From contig NC_086097.1 in NCBI RefSeq assembly GCF_963921235.1, positions 127,350,001-127,414,000 of the forward strand: 64,000 bases of DNA, read 5' to 3'. The notes beneath the pieces were generated by a model. That model was not told the origin of the DNA. It made no database searches and saw nothing but the letters and a program-made list of their open reading frames with translations. Positions 1-12,939 of the stretch are shown here, in pieces; within the stretch, counting starts at the first letter, position 1, and every line of letters begins with the position of its first letter. The DNA is from Mobula hypostoma (Eukaryota). The position numbers and the translations under genes are program-made.

Positions 1-3000
1 TGCACAGCCCTGTCTTGTGCCCCTGTGCAAACTGAATAGTTCCAAGAGGGTCTAATTAGTTAGTATTTTAGCACTAGGGTTACTGTACAGTAGCTTAATC
101 GAAGTTATAAATTTGTCTCCCATTCCAAATTTTTTCAAAACCTCGCAGAGGTATTGCCATTCCACTTGGTCGAATGCTTCCTCAGCACCTAAACTTAATA
201 TTGTAAGGCCTTCCTTCGGATGTCTTGGGGAATGCATTATACTAAGAAGACGCCTGATGTTATGGAAAGATAAACCCCGTTTGATCTGAATGTAACCCCC
301 CCCCCCCCCCGATAAGCCTCAGGGTCGCTCAACTCACTGTCGTCTAGGGGAAGCAGCCTTCAGCCCTGCCAAACTGGGTAATTAAGTTTGTGTGGATGCT
401 GTGTGATGTACCCCACCCCGCCATATAACAAACAATACACCATATACGATTAAATGATTACAATTTATAGATATTACTGGAATTGTATAATTAATAGAGA
501 TAAAATATAAAAGGAAAGTAAAAGGCGCCAAACTTATCAAAGTTCAACCTCTTCGTGCACAAAAGTTGGAGCTGTAGTAACGGGGTCGGCTTTCCGCCAC
601 TCGATCCCCTCCGACCACCTCGACCCACCACCTGGGGCCAACCACGGTGATCGACCAGACGCTCCACACGGGTCTGTCTTCATCTCCTCTCCTCGCCGAA
701 GACCCGGGACCTTGGACTCCAACTCGGGGCCCGCCCTGTCGGCCAGCTCACAGCATTGTGTCCACTCTCTCTGTCCCCATCACGCCTTCTGCCCCAAAAC
801 CCGTGCATCACAATAGCTTGCAGACACACAAGAAAGAATAACATCTATCCCAATTGGTTAGCAACTGAATACACTCCCTCTATAACCCAAACAAGCTGCT
901 AGCGAGAGAACTTTCTCAGCAGTTAACATAACAAAGAGCCATTTTAATTAGCCTACGCCGTAACATAAAAGAAGAGACCCTTTACATGAGTGTACCAATT
1001 TATTTATCTGCTGACTGAGTCTCCTTGCCAGCGTTTTAGCCAAAATTGTCTGATCCGAATTTAGCAGTGAAATCAGTCTATAAGATCCTACCTCCTCTGG
1101 ATCTTTGTCCTTCAGAATAAGCGTGATAATGGCCTCGTTCAGGGTTTGGGGTAACGTGCCAGTTTCAAATGACTTTCTGTACATCCTCACCATACAAGGT
1201 GCTAATAAGTCACTAAACTTCTTATAAAACTCATTACCTATTCCATCCGAACCTGGACTCTTGCCATTTTTCAGGAATCTTATTGTTCTTACTATTTCGT
1301 CATTTGTAATCTCTGCTTCCAAAGCCTGACACTCCGTCAGATTGCGTGAAGGTAGCCTACAAGTGTCCAGAAATGTGTGCACACTCCTCGTCGGTACATT
1401 AGATTGTGATGCATATAATTTTTCATAATACTGACAGAACCATTGATTAATGTCTTTGTGTGACACCAATGGAGTGCCCGAGTCTGATTTAATTTTATGA
1501 ATGGCCCGATCACTTTCCAATTTGCGTAGCTGTCTTGCCAGCAATTTCTGCGGTCTATCACCAAATTCAAAGAAATTCTGTTTTGTAAACATAAAGGCTC
1601 TGCACATCCGTTCTGAGAGTATTTGGTTAAGTTTGTATTTCAATGCTGAAATTCTGTTGTATTTTTTAGCGGATGATTGTCGCGCATTCTCCGTGTCTAG
1701 TTTACGTATTTGTTCTTCTAGTTCTATCTGATCTGCGCTACTACTTTTCTTTAGGGAAGACTGAAAAGAAATTACACATGCTTTAACATAAGCTTTAAAT
1801 GTTTCCCATAGTAGTCCTGGGGGTGTTTCACTATTATCATTTGTCTCAAAAAACAATAAAATTTGCGATTCTAAGTACTCACAAAATTTTGGATTTGTAA
1901 GTAGCTGAGGATTAAACCTCCAATTTCTATGTATTTGCATCAATTCACCCAGCTCCAGAGAAAAAGTAACAGGGCTGTGGTCTGAGATGACAATATTATG
2001 ATATCTTACGTTATCGACTTATGGCAGTATTTTGCCTTCAAGGAGGAAATAGTCAATCCTAGTATATATATTATGAACTCCAGAGTGGAATGAATACTCT
2101 CTCCCTGCTGGGTTGAATAGTCTCCATATCTCACACAGATTCATTTTGTCTATATATGTTTTCAGCGGGTTACTTGCCTTTGATGGTAATGCCCTCTGAT
2201 TGAAAGATCTGTCTAAATATGTATCCAGAACAAAATTAAAATCCCCTCCAATAATCAGGTTAGTGCTGGAGACCTCTGGTATCAATCCTAGAACTCATCT
2301 AAAAAATTCCAGGTCATCCCAGTTTGGCCCATAGATATTCAGTAAGGTAACTGGCATAGATTGTATTTCCCCAGTAACTATGACATATCTCCCATCCTTG
2401 TCCGCTGTTGTTGTTAGGTGACGAAATGAAACATTCCTGTGAATTATTATTGCCACACCTCTAGATTTCATTGGAAACTTCCAGGAATATATTTGGCCTA
2501 TCCACTTGCCCCTAATTTTACAGTGAGCTTCATTCTTCCAGTGTGTTTCCACAGCAGGAAGATCACATCGGCCTGTAGTGATTTTAGGTGAGGCACCACT
2601 TTGCCCCTTTTCACTGGCTCAATAATCCTATTTACATTCCAGGAACAAAAAGTAATGCAATTTCTTGTCCCCTGACCGCCTACCATCTCAGTATTTAACA
2701 TCTGTGTGATAATGTTTTTGATCTGTTCTGGACCTTGTAAATCTATCTGTCATTAGAAATGATTTGACCCTAAACAGCACTCCCTTACCCCTGTCCCTCT
2801 CTCCCCCACAACCCCCACCACCATTGAACGCTCGAAATAACCAACAAAAAAAACCATATCACCATACACAAATACACCTAGTCATACTCTAGGAATAACA
2901 TCTTGATCTCTAACACTTCTCTAAACCAATTTAGTAGCTCCCCAGTTATATAGATGGTCACAAAGCCAAATCTGGCATCGGAATGAAAAATCCGAAGGAA

Positions 3001-4403
3001 AAACTAGCAAACAGAGATTATCGAGATGTTAAAGTAAGTGTGATTTTCAAAGTTATAACTTACTCTAGCACCAGAAAGTCTAGCACTATTAACAACATAC
3101 TCCTCGTACAACACCAGTTTAGACCAATTCTTATTACTATCTGCGCACTCATAGGGCTTTAATCTGACATAATACAATCCAAATATAACTCACAGGGTCC
3201 TGTTTTCTACAGGGATTAGAGGCAGGGCCTCATTAATGTTTGAAACGTTCACAATTTCCTACCGCGGTGTTTTACTTGGGGCATCTTCATTCTGTAAGGG
3301 GCTTCTTCTCACTGTGCACAGTCACTTCTCAGCATTTCCCAAATGAGGTTCCGCATACTGGCGAGCTTCTTCTGGATCTGTAATTACCGCCTCAGTTCCA
3401 TTAATTGTCACTCGTAGCTTCGCGGGATAGAGGAGGCCAAACTTGACTCCGGGTCTATCCTACAGCAACCTCCTGACCAGTGTGAAAGCCGCACGTCCTT
3501 TGGCCACCGTGGATGGAAGGTCTCTGACGATCTGAATCCTTTGTCCTTGATATTGTAGACTCTTGGTACCTATCATCATCTGTGTTATATCTTCAAATAC
3601 ATGGCAATAATGGATCCTCACGATCAGGTATTGCGGCAGCTTGTCGTCCCCCGGGCACTTCCGAAGTGCTCTATGTGCTCGGTCTCAGCTTCTTCCAAGT
3701 TTAGGGCTTCTTTTAGCATCTGTGCTGTGAAACCTCTTGTCTTCTGCCCATTTTCCTTCCCCTCTTGTAGGCCCGCAACTCTCAGATTCTGTCATTTCGA
3801 ACGTCCCTCTAAATCCAGACATTTTTCAGAAAGTTGTTCAACTTGCCCACAAAGTCGTTTCACCTTGCTTTCCAGCTCCACAACTATGTCCGAAGCTCCA
3901 TTAGCCAACTCTGCTATCTCTTTCAGAGTTTGATCCTGTGTATTCAGCTGGGCTTTCAATGCGGTAATCACAGCGTCACTCTCCGCTTTCAAAGAAGCAA
4001 TTTCACTTCTCAAAGAGACGGCAACTTCTGCAACTTTTTCTTCGATTTTCTTACAGATGTCTGACTTCATCGTAGTTAGCTCTGCCTGTAGCGACTTTAT
4101 GGCCACCAATACCACATTGTTGTCCATACTCTGTGCATGTGGCGCCACGTGGCCCTCACACGTCAGCTCCGAGGTGTTAATTGGGCCTGTTTCTTCGTTC
4201 GTCTCTGCCTTAGCCGTTCCTCTTCTCGGCATTTTGTCGCACACTCCTTCACTCTTTCTCCTTCTGGTATGTATTGAAGAGTATCTTCCCTTCGTTTGCC
4301 ACCCTAACCTCAAATTGACTTTGTGTAAATGAAGTTTTAATATCAAACCTGCCAGAGCTACAGGAGGATGCGTCCTACTTGCTCATGGCTCAACAGCACC
4401 CCC
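1..4403 (-). mobile_element. L1-clade LINE, decayed, 5' end present, 3' part beyond window start; ORF1 ~4232-3300, ORF2 (APE endonuclease + RT) from ~2700 to <1
   Basis: ORF1 coiled coil then LEGRSK*QNLRV and KFGLLYPAKLRV motifs; ORF2 pieces SWNVN, LLNIYGPN, IIGGDFN, TRIDYF, WRFNPQLL, LWETFKA, KSPGSDG, YRLISLLNSD, AFDQVEW, broken by frameshifts and stops. Confidence 0.9.
291..986. mobile_element. Solo LTR (Gypsy-like) inserted in L1 ORF2
   Basis: TGTAA...TTACA termini; 4-bp TSD tgaa/tgag (287-290, 987-990); removal rejoins the L1 motif LVHS|DQTGF. Confidence 0.75.
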
Positions 4404-4559
4404 TAGTTGCTGTCTCATACTGCCATCTTACTCCCTGACCATTCACATCCTCCTCTCACCAGCTTGGCAATATTGTCATGTGATCTGCAACATGTCCTCC
4501 AACATGTTATTTTCTCTGACCATGCAGTTTGAAGGGTAATGTGGTATCTCATTGTCTTG

Positions 4560-5285
4560 ATGCAAACAGGGGAGCAAGGATATATTTGTACAGCTCCCTC
4601 TGTGGCTTCTGGTGAACACAAGTTGCTTCACAGTCTTTTAATGCTCTTTATAAAATGTCACAGCCGCACATACAGCAATGAGCTAATGCTTGGTGGCTCT
4701 TTGGTTGTGTTGGCTCAGTGCTCTCAGGCTTATGTATTCTGCCTAATGGACGAGGGGAGAAGAGAGGATGTCCTGGGTGAGTGGTATCTTTGATTACGCT
4801 GGCTGCTTTAACTGAGGCAGTGAGAGGTATAGATAGAGTGCACAGAGGGGAGACTGGTTTCTGTGATTTGCTGAGGCTGTGTCGACAACTCTCTGCAGTT
4901 TCCGGCAGCAGTTTGTGCAGAGCAGTTGCCATACCAAGCTGTTATGCATCCAGTAGGAGGTTGTGGTTCTGATTTAGGTTCTGTTGAAACATATTAAAAT
5001 GATTTGTTTGCCTTTACAACCAACACAACTTAAGGATGTACTATGGTCAGCTCTGGTGCATTGATAAAAGTTGGTAAGGATCAACGGTGACATGTCAAAT
5101 TTCTTTACCCTAATCAGGAAGTAGAGGTGCTTTCTTGGCTGTGACATCTACATACTTTTACTAGGACAGGCTATTGGTGATGTTGACTCCTGGGAAGCCT
5201 GCTCCCCTGACTTTGTTGTTTAGGAGGTACAGGGGAGCGGGCTTCCCAGGGAGTAAACATCACTGATAGGGGTCCTAGTCAAAGT
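4560..5285 (-). mobile_element. Old LINE 3' fragment (Rex/Babar- or L2-like) with fold-back at its 5' end
   Basis: Minus translation AASVIKDTTHPGHPLFS; inverted repeat 5177-5209 / 5230-5263. Confidence 0.55.
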
Positions 5286-5629
5286 CTTAATCCATCAACC
5301 TGCCCAATACTGCTAACGGATTGTCTGTCTGAGGGAGCAGGGAGACGCTTGTATGACAACCAGCACCTCCAGCGGGCATTACTTCCTCTGTACTGTACAG
5401 CACTGCACAGGCCTGTCAGTCAGGATTGTTGTGTTCAAGTCTCAGCACTGGAGCAGAATTTTGTGACTGGGAATCTGTGGCTGAAAGTATTGGATGTAAA
5501 GAAAGAACAAATCAGCATACCAAAGCCAGCATTGGGAGCGAGCAATTAGAACATAGAGGAGTGTTCTCTTCTCTTGGCCATTTCCACCCTTGGGAAACAA
5601 AAAGGCACCAGCTGTTCACCCTGTAGCAA

Positions 5630-6075
5630 CATAGGCAAAATGCTGGAGGGGAATAAATAGGCAACGTTTTGGGCTGAGGTCCGTTTTTCAGGACTGGAAA
5701 AGAAGGGAGAAGATGCCAGAATAAAGAAGGTAGGGAACGGGAAAGGAGCACAAGCTAGAAGGTGATAGGTGAAGCCCAGTGGGTGGGGGAGGGAGGAAAT
5801 GAAATCAGAAGCTATGAGGTGATAGGTAGAAAAGATAACGGACTGAAGAACAAGGAATCTAATAGGAGAGGAGAGTGGACCATGGGAGAAATAGGAGGAG
5901 ATGCACGGGGGGGGGGAGGCTGTGATGGACAGGTGAGGAAATAAGTAGAGAGGCCAGAGTGGGGGATTGAAAAAAATGGAAGGGGAAAAGTTATCAGAAG
6001 TTGGAGAAATCGATGTTCATGCCATTAAGTTGAAGGCTACCCGGACAGAATATGAGGTGTTGTTCCTCCAACCTT
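5630..6075 (-). mobile_element. Penelope-like element 3'-terminal fragment
   Basis: Colinear with 55730-56175 (aaaatgctggagg...gatgttcatg...tatgaggt); degenerate hammerhead-like core ~5660-5697. Confidence 0.7.
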
Positions 6076-6079
6076 ATCA

Positions 6080-8020
6080 TCTTAAACTTCTCTATCAAGT
6101 CACCTCATCTTCCTTCACTTCTAAGAAAATAACCCCCAGCTTGCCCAACCTTTCTTCATAAGACACGTTCCCTAATGCATGCGGCATCCTGCTCAATGTC
6201 CACAGCACCCATAAAGTTTCCACAACCTTCCTATAATGAGGCGACCATAACTGAACATAATACTCCAAGTGTAGTCTAACCAGAGTTTTACAGATTGTAA
6301 CATTACCTCGTGCCTCTTGACTTCAATCTCCCAAACCATACATCTTTTTAATCACCCAATCAACTTGCACTTCACACTTTTCTGGGTTGAACTCCATCTG
6401 TCACTTCTCAGCCATTTTTTATTACACCAACCTTCGTGCCATCTGCAAACTTAATGTCCACTCCTTCCACTTCTTCATCCAAGTCATGTATAAAAATCAC
6501 AAAGATCAGGTGTCCCAGAACAGATCCCTGTGGAACACCACTGGTCACTGACCTCCCTGCAGACTATGTTCCATCTATTACCGTCCTCTGCCTTCTATAG
6601 GCAAGCCAATTCTGAAATCCTATACCTCCTGACTTTGTGAATGAGGCGACTTTGGGGAACTTAGTTGAGCACCTTAGTAAAATCCGTATCCTGTACAGCA
6701 CATCCACTGCTCTACCTTTTTCGATTTGTTTTGTCACATCCTTGAAGAATTCATTCAGGCTCATGAGGCATGACCTGTCCTTCACAAAGGAATTAGACTG
6801 TGCTCCTCCAAATGCTTGTAAATCCTGACTCTAAGAATCCTTTCCAGTAGTTTACCATCACTGATGTACGACTCACTGGTCTATCCCTATTACCTTTCTC
6901 GATCAAAGGAATAACATTTGCCATGCTCTAATTTCCTGGTACTACTCCTGTAGCCAGTGAGGATTCAGAAGTCATCGCCAAAGGCGCAGCAATCTCTCGC
7001 CTCGCTTCCCATTGTAACCTGAGGTATATCCTGTCTGGTCTCAGGGACTTACTTATCCTGATGATTTTCAAAATTTCCACCACATGCTCTTTCTCTAGCA
7101 TATCAGCCCGCTTTACTCTGTCTTCACAAACATCAAGGTCCCTCTCACTACTGAACACTAGAGCAAAGTATTTGTTGAAGACATCTCCTACCTCCTCTGA
7201 CTCCAATCCCATTTCCTTTTTATCCATGTTTAGTCCTACCCTCACTTTAGTTATCCTACTGTTCTTTGTTTATATGTAGAATACCTTTGGGGTTTTCCTT
7301 CATCCTACTTGCCAAGCCCTTCTGACGTACATTTTTAGTTCTCCAGCTCTTTCCTGGGTACCCTGTAACTCTTTAGAGCCCTGTCTGATCCTTGCTCCGC
7401 AAACCTCAAGAATGCTTCTTTCTTCCCTTTGACTAGATGTTCCACATCTCTTGTCAATCATGGTTCATTCACCTCACCATCCTCTCCCTACCTCCATGGC
7501 ACAAACCTATCCAGAAGCCCATGCAAGTACTCTCTAAACAATTGACACATTTTTGGTCGTGTGTTTCCCTGAGTACACCTGATCCCAATTTACACTCTCT
7601 AGCTCCTGTCGAATTGCATCATAATTTTTCCTCCCCCAGTTAAGTACCCTCCCATACCATCTGCTCCTGTCCCTTTAAAAGGCAATGGTAAAGTTCTGGG
7701 AGCTGTGGTTGCTGTCTCCAAAATGCTCACCCACAGAGATCCGTAACCTGACCAACTTTGTGGCCTGCCTTGATTTCATGGAAGAGGCAGATGAGCAGCG
7801 ATGTTAACATAGAACATGCAACAGTAGCACACACTAGGAGCTCAGTGGCGCACAACAGTATATAAATATACTTCACGATCAGCTTAGTCCTTCCTCCTAG
7901 GCAGCTCAAAGCCCTCCATATTTTACATCCATGTGCCTACTATGAATTTTCAAATATCTCTATTGTATCAGCATCTACCACTACCCTAGGCAGAGCATTC
8001 CAGGCACTGACCAACTCTGT
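6080..8020 (-). mobile_element. Decayed CR1 LINE fragments
   Basis: Minus translations NEFFKDVTK..GRAVDV, NKYFALVF, QNWLAYRRQR; CR1-type tail aacatagaacat near 7806. Confidence 0.75.
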
Positions 8021-9124
8021 TATTTCTCATATTATTTCCTGATGCCAATATTCACCAGCCTGGTTAGTCCAAGAAATTGGTTGGTCAGGGGGATGAGTTT
8101 TATGTATCCATGAAAGTGTGCTGTAATGCTGCATTTGAGGTCCTTTGACCTAAATCCTCTCTTTGGTAGATCTGCTCTTTTCACTTCTCTTCCACTCTTT
8201 AGCAAGACCTCCAAACTTTTCCCTTTGGGCATTGGCCTTTGAAACCAAACATTGGATGTGCTTTCACTGGCTTTTCATTCAGTGCCGACTAGTTTATAAC
8301 TTAGTGTGTGAGAAATTATTTTAAGCTGTTTCTCTGGTTCATGAAATGTGTCATCTTCAACACCAGGCAAATCCAGAGGCTTTCTAAATATCTCCAGCTG
8401 ACCGAGCCAAAAGTAAACCTTTCCAGTTCTCACAGCGTATTATCCAAGGGGATGGATGAAACGCTTGGCCCTGGTTCAGCTTTGTAACTTGGACTAGAAG
8501 GGGGTGGTTTGCACCCAATGATGGCCCTATCCCAAGCCCAAACATCAGCTACACTGGGGTTTGGGAGCAGTTGACATCAGAATTGTTTCGAGTAGTTGGA
8601 AAGTTGTTGCTGGTTTGTGTGCTTGCTCAATGCACTGTGTTGTACGTCTGCCCTCGTGACAGTGCAGAGAGGAGTGAGGCACAAAAAAAAACCACTCATA
8701 CCCGATGGATTGAAGTCCCAGAGCTGTTCTTCAATCCCAGACAAATCCACTGTATCATTGACACATTCACATTTTAATGCTGTTGGCTTCCATGAAATAA
8801 GCGTTCTTTGTGGGATGGAATTTTTTTATGAGTATCCCTCCAAACCTGCACTAAGTGAACTTCACACTCAGAGGGAATGTTGAATTGGAACTTGGGTTCC
8901 AAATTGCTAAAAGAGATGAGGTATTTAGAGTTGGAATACTCTTTCAAATATTGGAAGTATTACAATATTCCAAATATTGGAAGTCTGCGGAATCCTCCTT
9001 AGCAGAATATAGCTGGAGAAGCAGCCTGTGCAGAGAATAATCCCGGGGGGCGGGGGGGGGGGGAGAGAGAACACTAATGAACCATGGGGAAGAAAATTGA
9101 CATTGACACCATCAGCTAAGCTAA

Positions 9125-9325
<201 letters not shown>

Positions 9326-9574
9326 TAACTTTCATTTTGACTTTCTTTTAAATTTGGATCCAGGGCACCTTGTTTTATTTTGGAGTTAATTCAGCCTTGA
9401 AGTGGTGCTTGCTGAATCTGGTTTAAACCCATTATTAAATGGAGCATTAGTGAGGCAGGGGTTGGCTAACATTTTGAATACCATTGTGAATTTCATGTTA
9501 CATCAGATTTAGTTTCAGTCAAATGTACCAAGGCAATGGGCATTCGGGTACTAATCTGTTATATATTGATAATT

Positions 9575-9795
9575 CTTTATACTTTATTGTCGCCAAACAA
9601 TTGATACTAGAACGTACAATCATCACAGCGATATTTGATTCTGTGCTCCCGGCTCCCTAGATTACAAATTGATAGTAAATATTAAAAATTTAAATTATAA
9701 ATCATAAATAGAAAATAGAAAAATGAAAAGTAAGGTAGTGCAAAAAAACCCAGAGACAGGTCCGGGTATTTGGAGGGTACGGCCCAGATCCGGGT
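9575..9795 (-). mobile_element. Short LINE 3' end (Rex/Babar-like tail), same family as 63795-63953
   Basis: Reverse complement of tggcgacaataaagtataaag tail; shares ~100 nt with 63850-63953. Confidence 0.55.
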
Positions 9796-10740
9796 ACGTT
9801 TTTCCTTAGGAGCTGATTTCCAGCCTGTTATGCAGGAGTTGGGATTAATGTCAACGCTATACCTTTGAAGAAATGAGGTTAGTGGGGCTGTGATGAGTCC
9901 ACTTCTATTGGTCCTCTGTCCTCCTGTGTCCAGTATTCAACTATAGCTGCAGATTGGAGCCATCGTTTCATATTTCTACCCACTCCTTGCAACGGAACGA
10001 GTTCAGTACTGGGAATTACATTCCCTGGTTGCCATCTTCCACCTCACATTGACATCCATGCATGAAACTTCAGGTGTTTCCAAAGGAGGGAAGGCCATCT
10101 GATGTTGACCAAAGACATGTCATTAAGTCTAAAGTCACACAGCTCTTCTCACCTGCAGAGGAATTTGCAGTGAAAGTCAACAGGTCCAATTGTTGTGGTC
10201 CATGCGTGTACTAACAATGTGGGAAGAACAAGTTAAGAGGTTCTCCTGAGGGAATGTGAGCAGCTAGGGACTCAATTAAAATGCAGAACTGAAAAGGTAA
10301 TAACCTCTGGATTGTTTACCTGAACCACGTGCAAATTGGCATGTGCAGATCAGAGAACAAATGTGTGGTTCTAAGATTGGTGTGGGGGAAGTGGGTTTGA
10401 ACTCGCAGGACATTGGCACCAGTACTGGGGAACAAAAGCTGTTCCAATGGGATGGGCTCCACTTGAACCCAGGGTCCTGTGAGTAAGGCTTTAAACTAAA
10501 TAGTGGGGTGGGGGGGGGCACAGTGTTCAACAGCTTGAGAAGTATGGATAATGTAAGGGGAAAGAGAGTGCAGGATAAGTTACTGGAGTCTCCAGAACAA
10601 ATAATAAACCAAAAAGTTTAAAAAGGGATCATTTAACTTCAGGTAACCTGGAGACAAAATTGAAAAGGGTGGGGAATACAGGATTGAAGATGTTATATTT
10701 GAATGCATGCAGTATACAAAATAAGGTAAATGATCTTGTA

Positions 10741-10945
10741 ACCCACATCAAAGTTGCTGGTGAACGCAGCAGGCCAGGCAGCATCTCTAGGATGAGGTAC
10801 AGTCGACGTTTCAGACCGAGACCCTTCGTCAGGACTGAAACGTCGACTGTACCTCATCCTAGAGATGTTGCCTGGCCTGCTGCGTTCACCAGCAAATTTG
10901 ATGTGTGTTGCTTGAATTTCCAGCATCTGCAGAGTTCCTGTTGTT
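10741..10945. mobile_element. Short Penelope-derived fold-back insertion with hammerhead motif
   Basis: 14-bp TSD taaatgatcttgta (10727-10740, 10946-10959); ~70-bp inverted arms; homologous to the PLE terminus at 55730-55830. Confidence 0.85.
10800..10837 (-). ncRNA. Minimal type I hammerhead ribozyme motif (PLE-associated)
   Basis: Minus RNA CAGUC-CUGACGA-A-GGGU(CUCG)GUCU-GAAAC-GUC-GACUG: intact CUGANGA and GAAA cores, stem I CAGUC/GACUG, loopless stem III, GUC triplet; stem II has G-U pairs. Confidence 0.7.
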
Positions 10946-12939
10946 TAAATGATCTTGTAGCACAGTTGGAGATTACAGGTATAAAATTCTGGAGCCGTGG
11001 CAGAAAGATTGCAACTGGGAGCTTAACATCCAAGAACACACAACATCTAAGACAGGCAGATAAGCAGAGGGGCTGGGATGGCTTTGTTGGTTAAAAAAAA
11101 ATTAAATCAAATCCTTAGAAAGAAGTGACCTAGGATCAGAAGATGTAGGATCCTAGTGGGTATTAAGAAACTGTAAAGTTAAAAAGACCCTGATGGGAGT
11201 TATATGCAGGCGTCTGAACAGTATCCGGGGAGTGGGGTACAAATTACAACAACAGAAAATTCATGTAAAAAAGGAAAAGTTATGGTGGTCATGGGGGATT
11301 TCAAACTACAGGTCAATAGGGAAAAACAGGTTGGAACTGGATCCCAAGAGGAGGAATTTGTAGAATGCCTATGAGGTGGCTTTTTACAGTAGCTTGTGGA
11401 TGAACCCGCTAGGGAAAGGCAATCCTGGATTGAGTGTTGTGTAATTAACCCAATTTGATTAGGGAGCTCAAGATGAAGGAGCTCTTCAGAGGCCGTGATC
11501 ATAATATGATAGAATTCTCTCTGCAGTTTGACAGGAAGAAGCTAAAATCAGATCTTTCAAAATCACAGTGGACTAAACGTAACCACAGAGGCATGAGAAA
11601 TTTGCTGGCCAAAGTTGATTGGAAGGGGACACTAGCAGGGATCGGAGTACAGCAACAACGGATGGTATATCTGGGAGTAACTTGAAAGCTGCAGGATTGG
11701 TTCTTTCCAGACAAGAAGCATTCTAAAAGGACAATGAGGCAACTGTAGCTGACAAGGGAAGTCAAAGACAGTATAAAAGCTAAAGAGAGGGCATAAAATA
11801 AAGCAAAAATAGAGGGAATCTATATAATTAGGAAGCTTTTAAAAGCTAACAAAAGAAAGTCAAGAGTGGACATTGGACTGCTGAAAAATGATGCTGCAGA
11901 GGTAGTAATGGGGGACAAACCTAATGGATATTTTGTGTCAGTCTTCACTGTGGAAGACTCCAGCAGCATGCAGACATTTGAGTGCCAAGAGGCAGGAATG
12001 AGTAGTCACTATTACTAAGGATAAGGTGCTTAAGAAGCTGAAAGGTCTTCAGATTAAGTCACCTGGACCAGATGGACTATACCTCTGGGTTGTGAAAGTA
12101 GTAGCTGAAAAGATTGTGGAGGTATTAGTAATAATCTTTCAAGAATCACTAGATTCTGGAGTGGTTCCAGAGGACTAGGAAATCGCAGATCATTCAATAA
12201 TTTATGAGGGGAGGCAGAAAACAGGAAATTATAGGCCTGACTTCACTTAAGGAGATATTAGAGTCCATTAAGGATGAGGTTTGGGATTACGTGGAGGCAC
12301 GTGATAAAATAGGATGAAATCAGCATAGTTTCCTTTAGGGGAAGTTTTGCCTGACAAATCTGTAGCGGTTCTTGATGAAATAACAGGCAGGATAGACTGT
12401 GGAGATATTGTTGTGTACTTGGATTTTTAAAAAGCCTTTGACAAGGTACCACACAAAGGTTGTGAGGAAAGCTTGACACAGGCCTTCATAGGTCAAAGTA
12501 CTGAGTGCAGCAGTTGTTGGTATTGGGTACAGTTCTGGTCACCTACCTACAGGGAAGATGTAAATAAGATTGAAATATCTTGGAGAAAATTTACAAGTAT
12601 GTTGCCAGGACTGGAGGACCCAAGTTATAACGAAAGATTGAATAGGTTAGAACTGAGGTTGGGTGAGACTCCAACTAGAGGTCATGGGTTATGGGGTGAA
12701 AGGAGAAATGTTTAAGGAAAACATGAGGAGGAAACTTCTTCACTCAGAGGGTGGTGAGAGTGTGGAACAAGCTGCCAGCACAAGTGGTGGATCCGATTTT
12801 GATTTCAACGTTTAAGACAGGGGTCCCCAACCTTTTCTGCACCGCGGACCGGTTTAATATTGGCAATATTCTTGCGGACCGGGGGTGGGTGGGGGGTATC
12901 CAAGTAGGGTTAAACTCACCTCAACATGTCTTTTACAGT

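Noticed and set aside
8930..8985. Repeated caaatattggaagt / aatatt palindromes
   Set aside because: Short local duplication in AT-rich sequence; not a CRISPR-like array
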